A stretch of 64,000 bases of DNA from an uncultured Gammaproteobacteria bacterium (GCA_964599625.1 CAZRGC010000002.1:135883-199882); one strand, 5' to 3'; numbered from the stretch's first letter, positions 1 to 9,894 are shown. Notes: a model not told the origin generated them from the letters alone. Program-made: numbers and translations.

Positions 1-1
1 A

Positions 2-1339
2 TTATTTCCTGCTGCTACCGGATGATAGAGGATTGTTGCCGGAGTTTAGCTGTTTTTGGACGTCTTTGGCGGCTTTGGCGGCATCTTTTGCTTTCTTTTT
101 CTCAGCCATTGCAGCCTGTTGTTCTTTCCACCATGTACTAACTTTTTCTGCCAGTGCTGCACTTCCGAGTTTGGTTCCTTTGTATGTTGCAAGTCCGATT
201 GCCGGTCCCAAGACGAGTCCCAAGGGAACTGCAATAAGCGGATTGCTCATAAGACCTGTGGCCAAAAGTAGGTAAACTGTACCACTGGCACCTGCTACAG
301 CAGAAATTGGCTCCATTTTATCTTTTGCGTCGTCAATTTGATGTCCTACCCATTTTCCGATTTCCAACGGTACACTTGTTACTGCAATTGCAGGACTTGT
401 GAGTATGGGAACCAAAATACTTTGAATTCCTTCTCCCAAAGCTTTGCCTTTTAGTCTTCTTTCTTCAATAATGTTATCTGCTATCTCAATATATTTTTGA
501 GCTCTTTCAGACTGGGCTTCCATTTTGGCCAAAGCCAGTTCATTTCTTGCCGGGATGAGTTCAAGTTGGCCTCTGATGTCTGCTTTTTCACCGGCAATTT
601 CAAACATAGGGAGAATTTGCTCTGCGGTACTAATGTAGAAGTTTCTGAAAGCAATAAGGCCTTCACCTGTGCTAATAGAAGGGTTGTCCGGGTTTGCAAC
701 GTATTTGGCCAACACGCTTGTGGGCTTACCCTCAAGTCGGGACAAAGCCTGGTTTATGTCACCCATTTGACGAGCGAATGCTTCGAGTTTGAATCTGTCG
801 TTTCTGCTTGCAGCTTCAAGATATGCAGACTCCGCTCTTTCCTGAATAACTGCTTCAAGAGCCTGTCTTGTTTCGGGGCTGGTTCTTATAAGTTGAGTAA
901 GCATGCTTTTGGCCATAAGCATGCCGTTATGGGTGTTTTGAAGCCAACCGTGACCTTTCACTGCAGGATGAGATTCGTCGTCGAGCGGGATAACCTCTCC
1001 AAAAATAGTATTTCCGGAGTCTGGTCTGCTTGTGGTGGGTTGGGGTATATCAAAGTCCGAAGCGGGGGCTTGGTCTGATTCCAGCATTACTTCTTGAACA
1101 TCTTGAAATGTTTCTGAGTCAACATGCACAGTCTCTACCTCAACTTTACCTGATTCGGGATTGAGTTCTGCCTCGATTGCTTTTAGAAGATCTTCCTGTG
1201 AGAGTTCAGGCTGCGCGCCAGCCTCGATCTGTTGCATTCTAGACCTTTTCTCTCCGTCTCCGGCTGGTGCCTCTTGTAGTAAGCCCATTTTTTTTCTAAA
1301 CGATACGGGAAGTCTATTCCTGGCTTTTTGCTTTGTCAA
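2..1339 (-). CDS. hypothetical membrane-associated protein with a long hydrophilic N-terminal region and C-terminal hydrophobic helices
   Basis: ORF of 445 aa with stop codon TAA at 2-4 (complement). The C-terminal ~110 aa contain several hydrophobic stretches (ILVPILTSPAIAV..., LLLATGLMSNPLIAVPLGLVLGPAIGLA), followed by a K/A-rich tail. No recognisable catalytic motif. Confidence 0.5.
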   Translation of the reverse strand: MTKQKARNRLPVSFRKKMGLLQEAPAGDGEKRSRMQQIEAGAQPELSQEDLLKAIEAELNPESGKVEVETVHVDSETFQDVQEVMLESDQAPASDFDIPQPTTSRPDSGNTIFGEVIPLDDESHPAVKGHGWLQNTHNGMLMAKSMLTQLIRTSPETRQALEAVIQERAESAYLEAASRNDRFKLEAFARQMGDINQALSRLEGKPTSVLAKYVANPDNPSISTGEGLIAFRNFYISTAEQILPMFEIAGEKADIRGQLELIPARNELALAKMEAQSERAQKYIEIADNIIEERRLKGKALGEGIQSILVPILTSPAIAVTSVPLEIGKWVGHQIDDAKDKMEPISAVAGASGTVYLLLATGLMSNPLIAVPLGLVLGPAIGLATYKGTKLGSAALAEKVSTWWKEQQAAMAEKKKAKDAAKAAKDVQKQLNSGNNPLSSGSSRK

Positions 1340-1443
1340 CCATCAATTTTTAAAACTACAAAAACCCACATTTCGGAGCTTTTTAAGGCTTTCCCGTGAA
1401 TGCGGTCGGGCTCAGATTGTAGCAGATTAAATAGCCGATACAA

Positions 1444-2121
1444 TCAGATCTTTTTGGCTGCGTTTTTCAAGTCCTTGCCAACTGTCTTTATCACAACTTT
1501 CTTGATGTCTTCGGCTATTTTCTCACCCGACGCAACTACTTCCAAATCGCTTCCAACTGTTTTGACAACAGTTTTTTCAAGGTCTTTGCCAAGCTCGCCT
1601 GCGATGTCTTGGTTTTTGGAGGCAACACGCTTCAGCTGTGTCTCCAGTTGGCGCTCGATATATGAAATATCGGTCTTTTTGATCATCTCATTAAGCTCGG
1701 CGTCGTCGAATCCTATCTTTTGATGCTGCAAAATAAGCCTCAAAAGCTCCAGGGCTTTGGAAATCTCCCTCTCTGCAATAAGATTGACCTGCATATCAAG
1801 CTCTTCTCTTAAGGTTGAAATATAACTTTGCCTGCTTTGGCTCATAAGTACTATTATGGAAAGGAATATGGCCTCAAGTGACACCACCATTGTAAGAAAT
1901 GTAAACGGATAGGGATCAAATGACGGAATTCCCTGTATATGACCGGTGTTGGCGCCTATCCAGATCACAAAAAAGAGACAGTTTCCAACCAAAAACCAAA
2001 TGCTTCCAAAAGAGGAAGTTAACCAGTCGGCGATCTTTATAGATAACGGTCTGTTCCTTTGTTCTTTTGCCTCCAGGCTGACTATTATATTGTGGCTTGT
2101 CTGTTTATCTTCGTAGGTCAT
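1444..2121 (-). CDS. DUF1003-family membrane protein
   Basis: 225 aa with two adjacent TM helices and the DUF1003-like block SFGSIWF...IWIGANT...FDPYPFTFLTMVVSLEAIFLSIIVLMSQSRQ, followed by a coiled C-terminal tail. Confidence 0.55.
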   Translation of the reverse strand: MTYEDKQTSHNIIVSLEAKEQRNRPLSIKIADWLTSSFGSIWFLVGNCLFFVIWIGANTGHIQGIPSFDPYPFTFLTMVVSLEAIFLSIIVLMSQSRQSYISTLREELDMQVNLIAEREISKALELLRLILQHQKIGFDDAELNEMIKKTDISYIERQLETQLKRVASKNQDIAGELGKDLEKTVVKTVGSDLEVVASGEKIAEDIKKVVIKTVGKDLKNAAKKI

Positions 2122-2192
2122 GTCTCATTGTAGTTCCGTCAAAACATTTACTGCAAGATGCAATGATTATTTTTTCTGATACAATCAACTTG

Positions 2193-3467
2193 ATGAATTT
2201 CAAGCTTAAAAAACTAAAAAGCGGACTCAGGGTATTGATTGTGCCCATGCCTTCACTTTCGTCGGTTACTTCAACCATTTGGGTGGCAACAGGCAGTCGC
2301 AACGAGGACAAAAAAGTAAATGGAATCTCGCATTTTTTGGAACATATGGTATTCAAAGGTTCGGCAAAACGCCCCACCGCACGCGAAATAAGCACAGCCG
2401 TTGATTCAATTGGTGGTGAGTTCAATGCAGGCACCTCCAAAGATTGGACAAATTTTTATATCAAATCCGGCAGCAACAATATTGAAACGGCATTTGACGT
2501 TCTTAGCGATATGGTTTTGAACCCAATACTTTCAGCTGAAGAAATTGAACGCGAAAAGGGTACCATTGTCGAGGAAATAAAAATGTACGAAGACACTCCA
2601 ATGTATAGGATTGGCGATGTTTTTGAACAATTGATGTTTAAAGGTGGTCCACTAGGATGGGACATTGCGGGGACCGAAGAAACTGTAAGGGGTGTCAAAA
2701 GAAACGATTTTGTTAAATACCGTGACACACACTATCACCCTGATAATATGTTGATTACCGTCACAGGTAATGTTACAGAGGCCAAGGTAGATAAATTAGT
2801 AGAAAAATATTTTGGAACACTCAAAAAGTCAAAATCTGAATTCGTCTCCAAAAAATTCGAGGTAACACAAACAAAGCCAAGATTTTTACTTCACTCAAAG
2901 AAAAAAGAGCAAGCACATCTGATATTTGGATTTTACTCTGAGGGTAGGGGTTACAAAGATAGGTTTGCCCAAAGTATATTATCCGCAATTTTGGGTGGCG
3001 GTATGAGCTCCAGGCTTTTTATAGAGGTCCGAGAAAGAAGGGGCTTGGCTTATTCAGTCAGAACCAGCATAGATAGATACAACGAAGTAGGGTATATATC
3101 TACTTACGCAGGTGTTGATCCCAAAAAAGCCGATGAGGCAGTCAAAATAATTGCGGAACAATGTTACGGATTGGCGAGTGGTAAATATCCAATTTCAAAA
3201 GAAGAACTCAATAAGGCAAAAGAATTCCTCAAGGGACACCTGGCATTGGTCTTGGAGGATACTAAAGATGTTTCCACCTATTTTGGGGAGCAGGCGCTTT
3301 TTTTGGAAAAAGTAGTTACACCCGAGGAGGTCTACAAAAGCATAGACAATGTTTCCTTGGATGAAGTATTGGAGCAAGCCAAAAAACTTTTTGTTTCCAA
3401 GCATGCCAATCTGGCAATGATAGGACCATACAAATCAGGCGCGAAGTTTGAGAAGGCGATACGATAA
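2193..3467 (+). CDS. M16-family (pitrilysin/insulinase-like) zinc peptidase
   Basis: Inverted zinc-binding motif HFLEHMVFKGS (HxxEH) near the N-terminus, ~425 aa. The N-terminus MNFKLKKLKSGLRVLIV matches the typical M16 start. The start is chosen at an internal Met because the longer ORF overlaps the upstream convergent gene. Confidence 0.8.
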   Translation: MNFKLKKLKSGLRVLIVPMPSLSSVTSTIWVATGSRNEDKKVNGISHFLEHMVFKGSAKRPTAREISTAVDSIGGEFNAGTSKDWTNFYIKSGSNNIETAFDVLSDMVLNPILSAEEIEREKGTIVEEIKMYEDTPMYRIGDVFEQLMFKGGPLGWDIAGTEETVRGVKRNDFVKYRDTHYHPDNMLITVTGNVTEAKVDKLVEKYFGTLKKSKSEFVSKKFEVTQTKPRFLLHSKKKEQAHLIFGFYSEGRGYKDRFAQSILSAILGGGMSSRLFIEVRERRGLAYSVRTSIDRYNEVGYISTYAGVDPKKADEAVKIIAEQCYGLASGKYPISKEELNKAKEFLKGHLALVLEDTKDVSTYFGEQALFLEKVVTPEEVYKSIDNVSLDEVLEQAKKLFVSKHANLAMIGPYKSGAKFEKAIR

Positions 3468-3473
3468 ACTATT

Positions 3474-3917
3474 CTAGATCAGATCCTCCAAATCAAGTAT
3501 TAGCTTGGTTTTAGGCAAGTCTTCCGGTCTTCCACCATCGGATACATAATCAAGTAGCATTTTAGAATTGTGCTCTATGGCTCTTTGTATAAAATATACC
3601 TTGGTGTCTTCATCGGCATTTGTAGGTATAACCAAGTCTATAAGTGGGGGTGGGATTGGTCTTTTTTCGCTTGCGATCCTCACCATCTCGCGTATTGGTA
3701 CACCCCTTGTCCTTATTGCGGCCTGAGGATAACGACCGGAATCTTCCGGTGTTTTTCCTGTCCAGGGAATCATTTGCCCATCTTTATAATAAAAGTTGAC
3801 AGAGCCAGAATGTTCACCAGAGTTTCCGCCGAAGCTCTCTTTTAGAAGTGTTTCATTTAGGCCGTCTATCTCTTTTGGAGAAAAGTTTTCAAAATCATCT
3901 TTTCCTTGTATTTCCAT
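3474..3917 (-). CDS. hypothetical protein
   Basis: ORF 3474..4148 trimmed to Met at 3917 (MEIQGKDDF...), because the longer form would overlap the ndk start. No motif recognised. Confidence 0.4.
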   Translation of the reverse strand: MEIQGKDDFENFSPKEIDGLNETLLKESFGGNSGEHSGSVNFYYKDGQMIPWTGKTPEDSGRYPQAAIRTRGVPIREMVRIASEKRPIPPPLIDLVIPTNADEDTKVYFIQRAIEHNSKMLLDYVSDGGRPEDLPKTKLILDLEDLI

Positions 3918-3989
3918 TGATGAGATTATCCTATCATACAATACAGGACTGTTGATAAATTTGATAAATTTGAATACAATTAACAACTG

Positions 3990-4607
3990 ATGAAAACACT
4001 TTTGCATGAAAGAACTTTGATTTTGGTAAAGCCCGACGGGGTTCAAAGGGGATTGATTGGTGAGATCATTACTAGATTTGAAAGAAAAGGACTCAAATTG
4101 GTTGCTCTTAAGATGGTTTGGCCGGACAAATCCTTGGCTCAAAAGCACTACGACATGCCCGAAAGTGACAAGATTGCACTTGGTGAGCGCACGATCGCGT
4201 CATACAAAGAAAAGGGAGTAGATCTTGGCAAAACCGCAATTCAAATTGCCGAAGACGTTCAAAAAAGACTTGTTAAATATATTACCACCGGCCCTGTTGT
4301 TGCTATGGTTATAGAAGGTGCTCACGCGGTTGCTCATGTAAGAAAGATTAGGGGAGCCACAAATCCTCTAAGCGCGGATGTAGGAACTATTACAGCGGAC
4401 TATACAATTGATTCATATTTTGTATCAGACCCTGATGAGCGAGCAATTAGAAATTTGGTACATGCATCGGGAAGCACGGTAGAGGCAGAAAGAGAGATTA
4501 AGTTATGGTTTGATACAAAAGAAATTCACGACTATGACCTTGCAATAGAAAAAATTCTTTACGCCAAAGAATGGGAAGAGGCAAGGGAAGAACTCACCCA
4601 GAAGTAA
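3990..4607 (+). CDS. ndk: nucleoside diphosphate kinase with ~50-aa C-terminal extension
   Basis: N-terminal LILVKPDGVQRGLIGEIITRFERKGLKLVALKM is a canonical NDK signature. 205 aa is longer than typical NDK (~140 aa). Confidence 0.9.
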   Translation: MKTLLHERTLILVKPDGVQRGLIGEIITRFERKGLKLVALKMVWPDKSLAQKHYDMPESDKIALGERTIASYKEKGVDLGKTAIQIAEDVQKRLVKYITTGPVVAMVIEGAHAVAHVRKIRGATNPLSADVGTITADYTIDSYFVSDPDERAIRNLVHASGSTVEAEREIKLWFDTKEIHDYDLAIEKILYAKEWEEAREELTQK

Positions 4608-4610
4608 TTA

Positions 4611-5261
4611 CTATTTATCTTCTTTGCTTTCACCGTCTTTGCCCTTCATTTTTTTCAGAAGATATTCTGCATATGTTTTCAAATCACCTTCAAATACTGG
4701 TGCAATTTGGCCATCTAATCCAACTTTAAATTTGCGGGAAAGATTAAGATTCAACTTTTGGTCTTTGGTTTTTTCTGGACCGTTTTTCGATGAATTCTTG
4801 GTAGCACTACGGATTTCATTCAAAAAATCCGGCTTCATAAATTTTTCGAAGTTTGCCATTTGTTCTTTTTTCCTGGCTTCTTTTTCTGTTTGAAGCCTTA
4901 TTGCCTCTGCATGTTTTTTGGCTGCGTAACCTTGCAAAATTTTGAAGAAAGAGTCCGGGCTTACGTTTCTGATAAAAAGACCCTCCATTATGTCAAAGAC
5001 TCTTGCTGCGTCTACGTGGCCTGTTTTGGCTATTTCCTCAAATTGCTGATTTGCTTCCATTCCTTGAACCTTTTCCACCATCCTTTTTGCCTCTGATGCC
5101 ATTAGGCCGGCAGACAAGTGTTGTTTAAATGAGTTGAAGGGATCTCTTTGTGAGGCAAGCCAGTTGATTCCCGCTTCAAAAGCTTTGGCAAGTTCTTCAC
5201 CCTCTTTGCTTGGTTTATATTCACCTTCGCCACTGGAAGGTTGATGGTCTGCTGACTCCAT
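4611..5261 (-). CDS. hypothetical charged/coiled-coil protein
   Basis: 216-aa ORF, Lys/Glu-rich, with no recognisable domain. Confidence 0.45.
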   Translation of the reverse strand: MESADHQPSSGEGEYKPSKEGEELAKAFEAGINWLASQRDPFNSFKQHLSAGLMASEAKRMVEKVQGMEANQQFEEIAKTGHVDAARVFDIMEGLFIRNVSPDSFFKILQGYAAKKHAEAIRLQTEKEARKKEQMANFEKFMKPDFLNEIRSATKNSSKNGPEKTKDQKLNLNLSRKFKVGLDGQIAPVFEGDLKTYAEYLLKKMKGKDGESKEDK

Positions 5262-5509
5262 GTTTGTATATTACTACTTTACTTGTGGAAAACCCAGGCG
5301 CCTGGTCGGGGTGGCAGAATTCCTGCCTGCCGGCAGGCAGGGAACTCAAAGTCGAGAATCAGAAAATTATCACGAACTTTACAACCATATTATAGAACAT
5401 CTGGACTGGTTAAGTATAACCAAAGAGGAAATTGAGGCTATTTCATCAAAAGAAGCTGAATTAGATCAACCGCTATTCATCACCTACTGACATTAGTTAT
5501 AATGAAAGC

Positions 5510-5773
5510 ATGGCAAAAGTTAAAAAAGATAACCTTACAGATCTAGTGGGTGAAGTTACGGAGCCTAAAGAAGCTACTCCTGCCAAGCCAGATAACAACC
5601 CAAAGCCACAGCAAGGATTAGACGACTACCAAGTGACTACTCCCGATGGTGAAGTCATAGATTTAGCTTTAATGACTGTTGATAAAAGCAAAGATTTGAA
5701 TCAGACATTGATGAGAGGAACAGATCAAAAGGGAAACCATTACCTACTCATAGTGCAGAAGAAAACTCCATAA
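5510..5773 (+). CDS. hypothetical small protein
   Basis: 87-aa ORF, hydrophilic, with no homology signal recognisable by eye. Confidence 0.3.
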   Translation: MAKVKKDNLTDLVGEVTEPKEATPAKPDNNPKPQQGLDDYQVTTPDGEVIDLALMTVDKSKDLNQTLMRGTDQKGNHYLLIVQKKTP

Positions 5774-6020
5774 ATCACACTAGCTCGAATCCTCCCGAAC
5801 TTAGTATATCTAGGGATATTAGGAAATGAATCATCAATGATGGAAGTGGTAGACGGGGTGGTTATTTTAGGTGTTGAACTTTTGTTACAATTGATTAGTG
5901 GCCTCTAAAATTTACGGCTCTTTTTGAAATTGAGTTTTTCAGGCTAAATAGTCTTAGGTAGAGTCTTTTCAAAGCAGGTTTTGAGTATGAGTCAAACTAT
6001 CAAATTCTTAACAATTATTT

Positions 6021-6521
6021 ATGGATGCAAAATTAATCACCAATTCCAAACGGGATCGGTTGCTGACTAAGTGTGAGAGCTTGATGCTTCAAGGCTTTGA
6101 CTCGCCAACGGATATCTCAGACGAGCTTAATATCACATACAACACCGCCAAAGGCTATATAACGCTGGTAAGGGAACGCTGGGCATCCTCGTTAAGTGTA
6201 GATGAGATGCAAGCTAAAAGGCAAGAACTCATCAGGCGTACAGAGGAGATAGCCAAAGAAGCGTGGCTACTCAAAAGTAAGGCCAAGAACACTACCGAGG
6301 CTGTATCAGCCCTCAGAACCGCCCTAATGTGCGTAGAACGCTTAGAGAAGCTCCAAGGTATCAATTCGCTACCACTACCTATCGACAAGCCTAAAGTGAA
6401 TCCAATGTACGAATTAGCCCAAAAGATTAACGCCCTACCACCAGAGGAGAAACAGAAGTATGTGTTGCGGATCAAAGAGGAAATTAAAAAACGGGGCATT
6501 GAACTTTCATTCCCGTATTAG
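6021..6521 (+). CDS. hypothetical protein, possible HTH DNA-binding (first gene of recombinase-linked block)
   Basis: 166 aa. The segment DISDELNITYNTAKGYITLVRER resembles a helix-turn-helix (sigma region-4 / small-terminase-like). Coiled C-terminal half. Confidence 0.45.
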   Translation: MDAKLITNSKRDRLLTKCESLMLQGFDSPTDISDELNITYNTAKGYITLVRERWASSLSVDEMQAKRQELIRRTEEIAKEAWLLKSKAKNTTEAVSALRTALMCVERLEKLQGINSLPLPIDKPKVNPMYELAQKINALPPEEKQKYVLRIKEEIKKRGIELSFPY

Positions 6522-6569
6522 CTATGCATCTCAAGTCAAAATTTAGTAGAATACAACCATAGGAGAATT

Positions 6570-7061
6570 ATGAGAATAGCAATCATGTCAGATTCCCATG
6601 ACAGATGGGATAACTTAGAAAAGGCTGTCAACCTAGCAAATGAGGCGAATTGTGGAACTCTGCTGTTTGCAGGCGACTTTAATGCTCCTCCTGGAATTCC
6701 TATACTTGAGAAATTTAATGGCGAGGTGAAGCTTGTTTGGGGCAACAACGAAGCCGAAAGAATGGGATTAACAAGAAAATTTGATGCCTCAGAAAAAATT
6801 GAGTTGTGCGGTGATATTTATGAGGGTGAACTTGGTGGTTTGAGAGTATTTATGAACCATTATCCTCGTATTGCAGAATTAGCCGCTAAGTCTGGCGAGT
6901 TTGACTTGTGCGTGTTTGGCCACACACATGAATATAAAGAGGAGAAAATTGGAAGTTGCTTACTTGTCAATCCAGGTGAGATACAAGGCTATAAAACTGG
7001 TGAATCCTCATTTATTATTTTTGATACTAAGTCTAAAAAGGTTGAAAAGATTGTCATATGA
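6570..7061 (+). CDS. calcineurin-like metallophosphoesterase (YfcE/MJ0936 family)
   Basis: Metal-ligand motifs in order: MSDSHD, GDFNAPP, GNNE, GHTHE. 163 aa. Confidence 0.8.
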   Translation: MRIAIMSDSHDRWDNLEKAVNLANEANCGTLLFAGDFNAPPGIPILEKFNGEVKLVWGNNEAERMGLTRKFDASEKIELCGDIYEGELGGLRVFMNHYPRIAELAAKSGEFDLCVFGHTHEYKEEKIGSCLLVNPGEIQGYKTGESSFIIFDTKSKKVEKIVI

Positions 7062-7840
7062 ATACAACGCAGGCTGTTAGAATATCAACCTCAGATACAT
7101 TGAGACTGGCTGGGATTTGGCATTTTCCAAAGAATAAAACAAAGAAAGCCGTTATCCTCGCACATGGAATTACAGTCGACAAAGATGAAGATGGAGTATT
7201 CATAAAATTAGCAAACTCCCTCGAAAAAGCAGGATTTGCAGTTATGAGATTTGACTTTCGTGGACATGGCGAAAGTGATGGAAAGTCAATTGATATGACG
7301 GTTAGTGGTGAGATGCTGGACTTAGAGGCGGTGATGGCATATGTAAGAAAACAAGGCTATCTTGATGTAGGTTTATTAGGTGCTAGTTTTGGTGGCGGAT
7401 CATCTACTCTATATGCTTCAGAACACCAAAAAGATATTGCCTGCCTGTGTTTATGGAATCCTGTACTAAATTACGATCATACTTTTTTAAATCCAACTTT
7501 ACCGTGGATCAAAGCAAAAAAAGCACATATGCAAAAGGATATTCATGAAAAAGGCTGGACAACTTTGGGTAGTAGGAAGTTTGTTATCGGGAAAGTCTTG
7601 TTTGATGAGATGGCAAAATATAAGCCATATGATGCTTTACAAATTATTAAACTACCCACAGCTATTATTCATGGTACCAGGGACACAAAGGTTCCATATG
7701 AGGATTCTAAGAAATATGTTTCTTCACTCCAATCTGGATCTTTGATAACTATTGAGGATGCTGAACATGGATTCCATGAACCGAAAGAAAGAGCTAAAGC
7801 TATTGATGCTACAGTAGGTTTTTTTGTTTCTAACCTCTAA
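7058..7840 (+). CDS. alpha/beta-fold hydrolase
   Basis: Nucleophile elbow GASFGGGSS (GxSxG), His near the C-terminus (EDAEHGFHEP) and length 260 aa fit the dienelactone-hydrolase/esterase fold. Start overlaps the previous gene by 4 bp (ATGA). Confidence 0.75.
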   Translation: MNTTQAVRISTSDTLRLAGIWHFPKNKTKKAVILAHGITVDKDEDGVFIKLANSLEKAGFAVMRFDFRGHGESDGKSIDMTVSGEMLDLEAVMAYVRKQGYLDVGLLGASFGGGSSTLYASEHQKDIACLCLWNPVLNYDHTFLNPTLPWIKAKKAHMQKDIHEKGWTTLGSRKFVIGKVLFDEMAKYKPYDALQIIKLPTAIIHGTRDTKVPYEDSKKYVSSLQSGSLITIEDAEHGFHEPKERAKAIDATVGFFVSNL

Positions 7841-7945
7841 GAATCAGATATAACTAAGTGAGCCTAGCTGGCCATCCGAGCCTTATTTTCGCTATAATAG
7901 ATATATCAATCCGTAATCAGGATTGAGTAGAAAATTAAGAAAATT

Positions 7946-9607
7946 ATGGCCACCACACAGGACTTGTTGTCTATCTTGGAAAAATTGCAGGGCAAGGATC
8001 AAGAACGGGATACTTCACAATACCGCTATGTCATTTATGCCAGGAAATCCACAGAGGGGGAGGAACGGCAAGCCAGATCACTAGGCGATCAGGTTATTGA
8101 ATGTACCAAGCTGGCAAATAGTCGAGGATTAAAGTTACTCGCTCGTCCTATTAGCCCAATTGAAGAGAAGCAAAGTGCCAAAGAGCCTGACATCAGGCCG
8201 AAGTTTCGCAAGATGCTAGACGACATCAAACAGGGAAAATATGAGGGTATTATTGCCTGGCATCCTGATAGATTAGCTCGTAATATGAAAGATGCGGGAG
8301 AGATTATCGACTTACTGGACAAGCAAATCATAAAAGATTTACAGTTTGTGAGCTTCACTTTTGAGAATGACACGGCTGGCAAGATGCTTCTAGGTATGTC
8401 GTTTGTCCTCTCCAAGCAATATTCAGACAAGCTACGAGATGATGTTAAGCGTGGTATCAGGCGAAGCATTGAGGATGGTAAGTACTTGAGCAAAGCCAAG
8501 CACGGCTATTATCGGGATCGTAACATGATGCTTAGGCCGGACGGCAACAACTTTACTTTACTCAAAGAAGCCTGGCAGTTGAGGTTACAAGGGAAAACTC
8601 AAAAGGATATTGCCAAGTATCTGGCTGATAAAAATTACAAGCGAAGCGAGGGGGTTGGTGATATCACCCACAAGACAACAAAAATAACGGATAAAGTCTT
8701 ATCAGAGGTGTTTAAGGACACGTTTTACACTGGTGTCTTGAATTATGGCACAACTGGCTTGGTAGACTTAACCGAAGTTTACGATTTTGTTCCGATGGTG
8801 ACAGTTGATGAGTTTTTGAGGATCAACCGCTTTAGCGATATTAAGAAAGCCTTTGAGGTGAAGCGTAGAGGACTTAAAACAGATATTAAGGCTGACTTCT
8901 TGCGTAGGATCGTTTACTGTGGCCATTGTAACGAGCAGATGAGTACTGGCATCACTGTTAAGTACTCCAAGACTGGTAAAACCAACTATTTTAACTTTAG
9001 ATGCGATACTCCTGGATGCAAAATAACTCTACCAAGTGGCAGGAAAGTCAATCAGAACGTGCGTGGCAAGATTGTTTTAGACTTTGTGTACCAGTTCCTA
9101 GAGGAAAACAAATTCACCGATAAGCGAGCCTACAACCATTACTTACAGGAAATGAAGCACGTACAAGAGAACGAACGAAAGGAGCTTGAAGCCAGGAGAA
9201 AATCAATCCAAATAGCGGTTAAAGAGCTTGAGGAACGCATCAACCTCATAAAAGAATCACTATACAAGGAAACTGACAGTGAGATCAAAGATGAGTACAA
9301 GGCTGACTTGAAAGCCAAGAAAGCCCAACTTAAACAAGCCAACGATGAATTAACTAAGATTAAGGAGGCTAAAGCTAAAGGAAGCAAGGTTATATTGACT
9401 TACAAGGAGTTTGTCGAACTTTTCAATGAATTGCCCGATATATTGAGAAAAACGAAAACCATGGAGGGTAAAGATCAGATCATCCGAAAAATCTTCTCGA
9501 ACTTCATTCTCAAGGATAAAAAAGTGGCGTCATATAGGCTAAATCAACCATTCAAAGACTTCATTGATAAGGGCTATTTCGCCTCTAGTCGGGGTGCTGA
9601 GAATTGA
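7946..9607 (+). CDS. large serine recombinase (resolvase/invertase N-domain + recombinase domain + zinc ribbon + coiled coil)
   Basis: N-terminal YVIYARKSTEGEE carries the catalytic Ser of the resolvase fold. A Cys cluster CGHCNEQMS...FRCDTPGC forms a zinc ribbon. A long C-terminal coiled coil (ELEARRKSIQIAVKELEERINLIKE...) is typical of large serine integrases. 553 aa. Confidence 0.85.
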   Translation: MATTQDLLSILEKLQGKDQERDTSQYRYVIYARKSTEGEERQARSLGDQVIECTKLANSRGLKLLARPISPIEEKQSAKEPDIRPKFRKMLDDIKQGKYEGIIAWHPDRLARNMKDAGEIIDLLDKQIIKDLQFVSFTFENDTAGKMLLGMSFVLSKQYSDKLRDDVKRGIRRSIEDGKYLSKAKHGYYRDRNMMLRPDGNNFTLLKEAWQLRLQGKTQKDIAKYLADKNYKRSEGVGDITHKTTKITDKVLSEVFKDTFYTGVLNYGTTGLVDLTEVYDFVPMVTVDEFLRINRFSDIKKAFEVKRRGLKTDIKADFLRRIVYCGHCNEQMSTGITVKYSKTGKTNYFNFRCDTPGCKITLPSGRKVNQNVRGKIVLDFVYQFLEENKFTDKRAYNHYLQEMKHVQENERKELEARRKSIQIAVKELEERINLIKESLYKETDSEIKDEYKADLKAKKAQLKQANDELTKIKEAKAKGSKVILTYKEFVELFNELPDILRKTKTMEGKDQIIRKIFSNFILKDKKVASYRLNQPFKDFIDKGYFASSRGAEN

Positions 9608-9786
9608 ACTCAGTGCCTCTTGTACCCGAAACAAGCGGTCTACCGATGACCTACACCCCGATCTCGTCGAAACTCGAATCGCTGGCCGCACTAAAAATTT
9701 CTAATTTTCAGTGCTGACGCTCATCGGTTTCTCCTCTCAAATTTTCTTTGCAAATTTGGTTAAACACAAAACAGGAAACTGCTCTG

Positions 9787-9858
9787 TGCCCCCAGCAGGA
9801 ATCGAACTTGCATCTTGCCCTTAGGACGGGCCTACTCTGTCCATTGAGCTATGGGGGC
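9787..9858 (-). tRNA. tRNA-Arg (anticodon CCU)
   Basis: The reverse complement folds as a cloverleaf: acceptor GCCCCCA/TGGGGGC, D-arm GCTC/GAGT, anticodon stem GCCC/GGGC with loop GTCCTAA (anticodon CCT), T-loop TTCGATT. 72 nt with no encoded CCA. The T-stem has one A-C mismatch. Confidence 0.75.
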
Positions 9859-9894
9859 ATCTTAGACTGCAAAATTATAACACGGAGGCTAACT

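Larger units (their letters stand above)
5774..9858. mobile_element. putative integrated element: cargo genes + large serine recombinase abutting tRNA-Arg
   Basis: A 247-bp non-coding gap (5774-6020) is followed by four co-oriented genes: HTH-like hypothetical, metallophosphoesterase, alpha/beta hydrolase and a large serine recombinase. The recombinase stop (9607) lies 180 bp from the 3' end of a tRNA-Arg on the opposite strand. The left boundary is not defined by a visible repeat. Confidence 0.35.

Noticed and set aside
497-1078. 193-aa plus-strand ORF inside gene 2-1339
   Set aside because: It lies entirely antisense to a longer ORF with clear membrane-protein character, and has a low-complexity Cys/Phe-rich translation typical of shadow ORFs.
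3474-3917. DarT-like ADP-ribosyltransferase toxin
   Set aside because: The protein shows no match to DarT motifs, and no antitoxin macro-domain gene is adjacent.
5783-5805. tRNA-like fragment (gctcgaatcctcccgaact) as a duplicated attachment site in the 5774-6020 gap
   Set aside because: It shares only a 7-8 nt TCGAATCC-like match with the T-loop region and none of the tRNA-Arg stems. This is too short to call a direct repeat.
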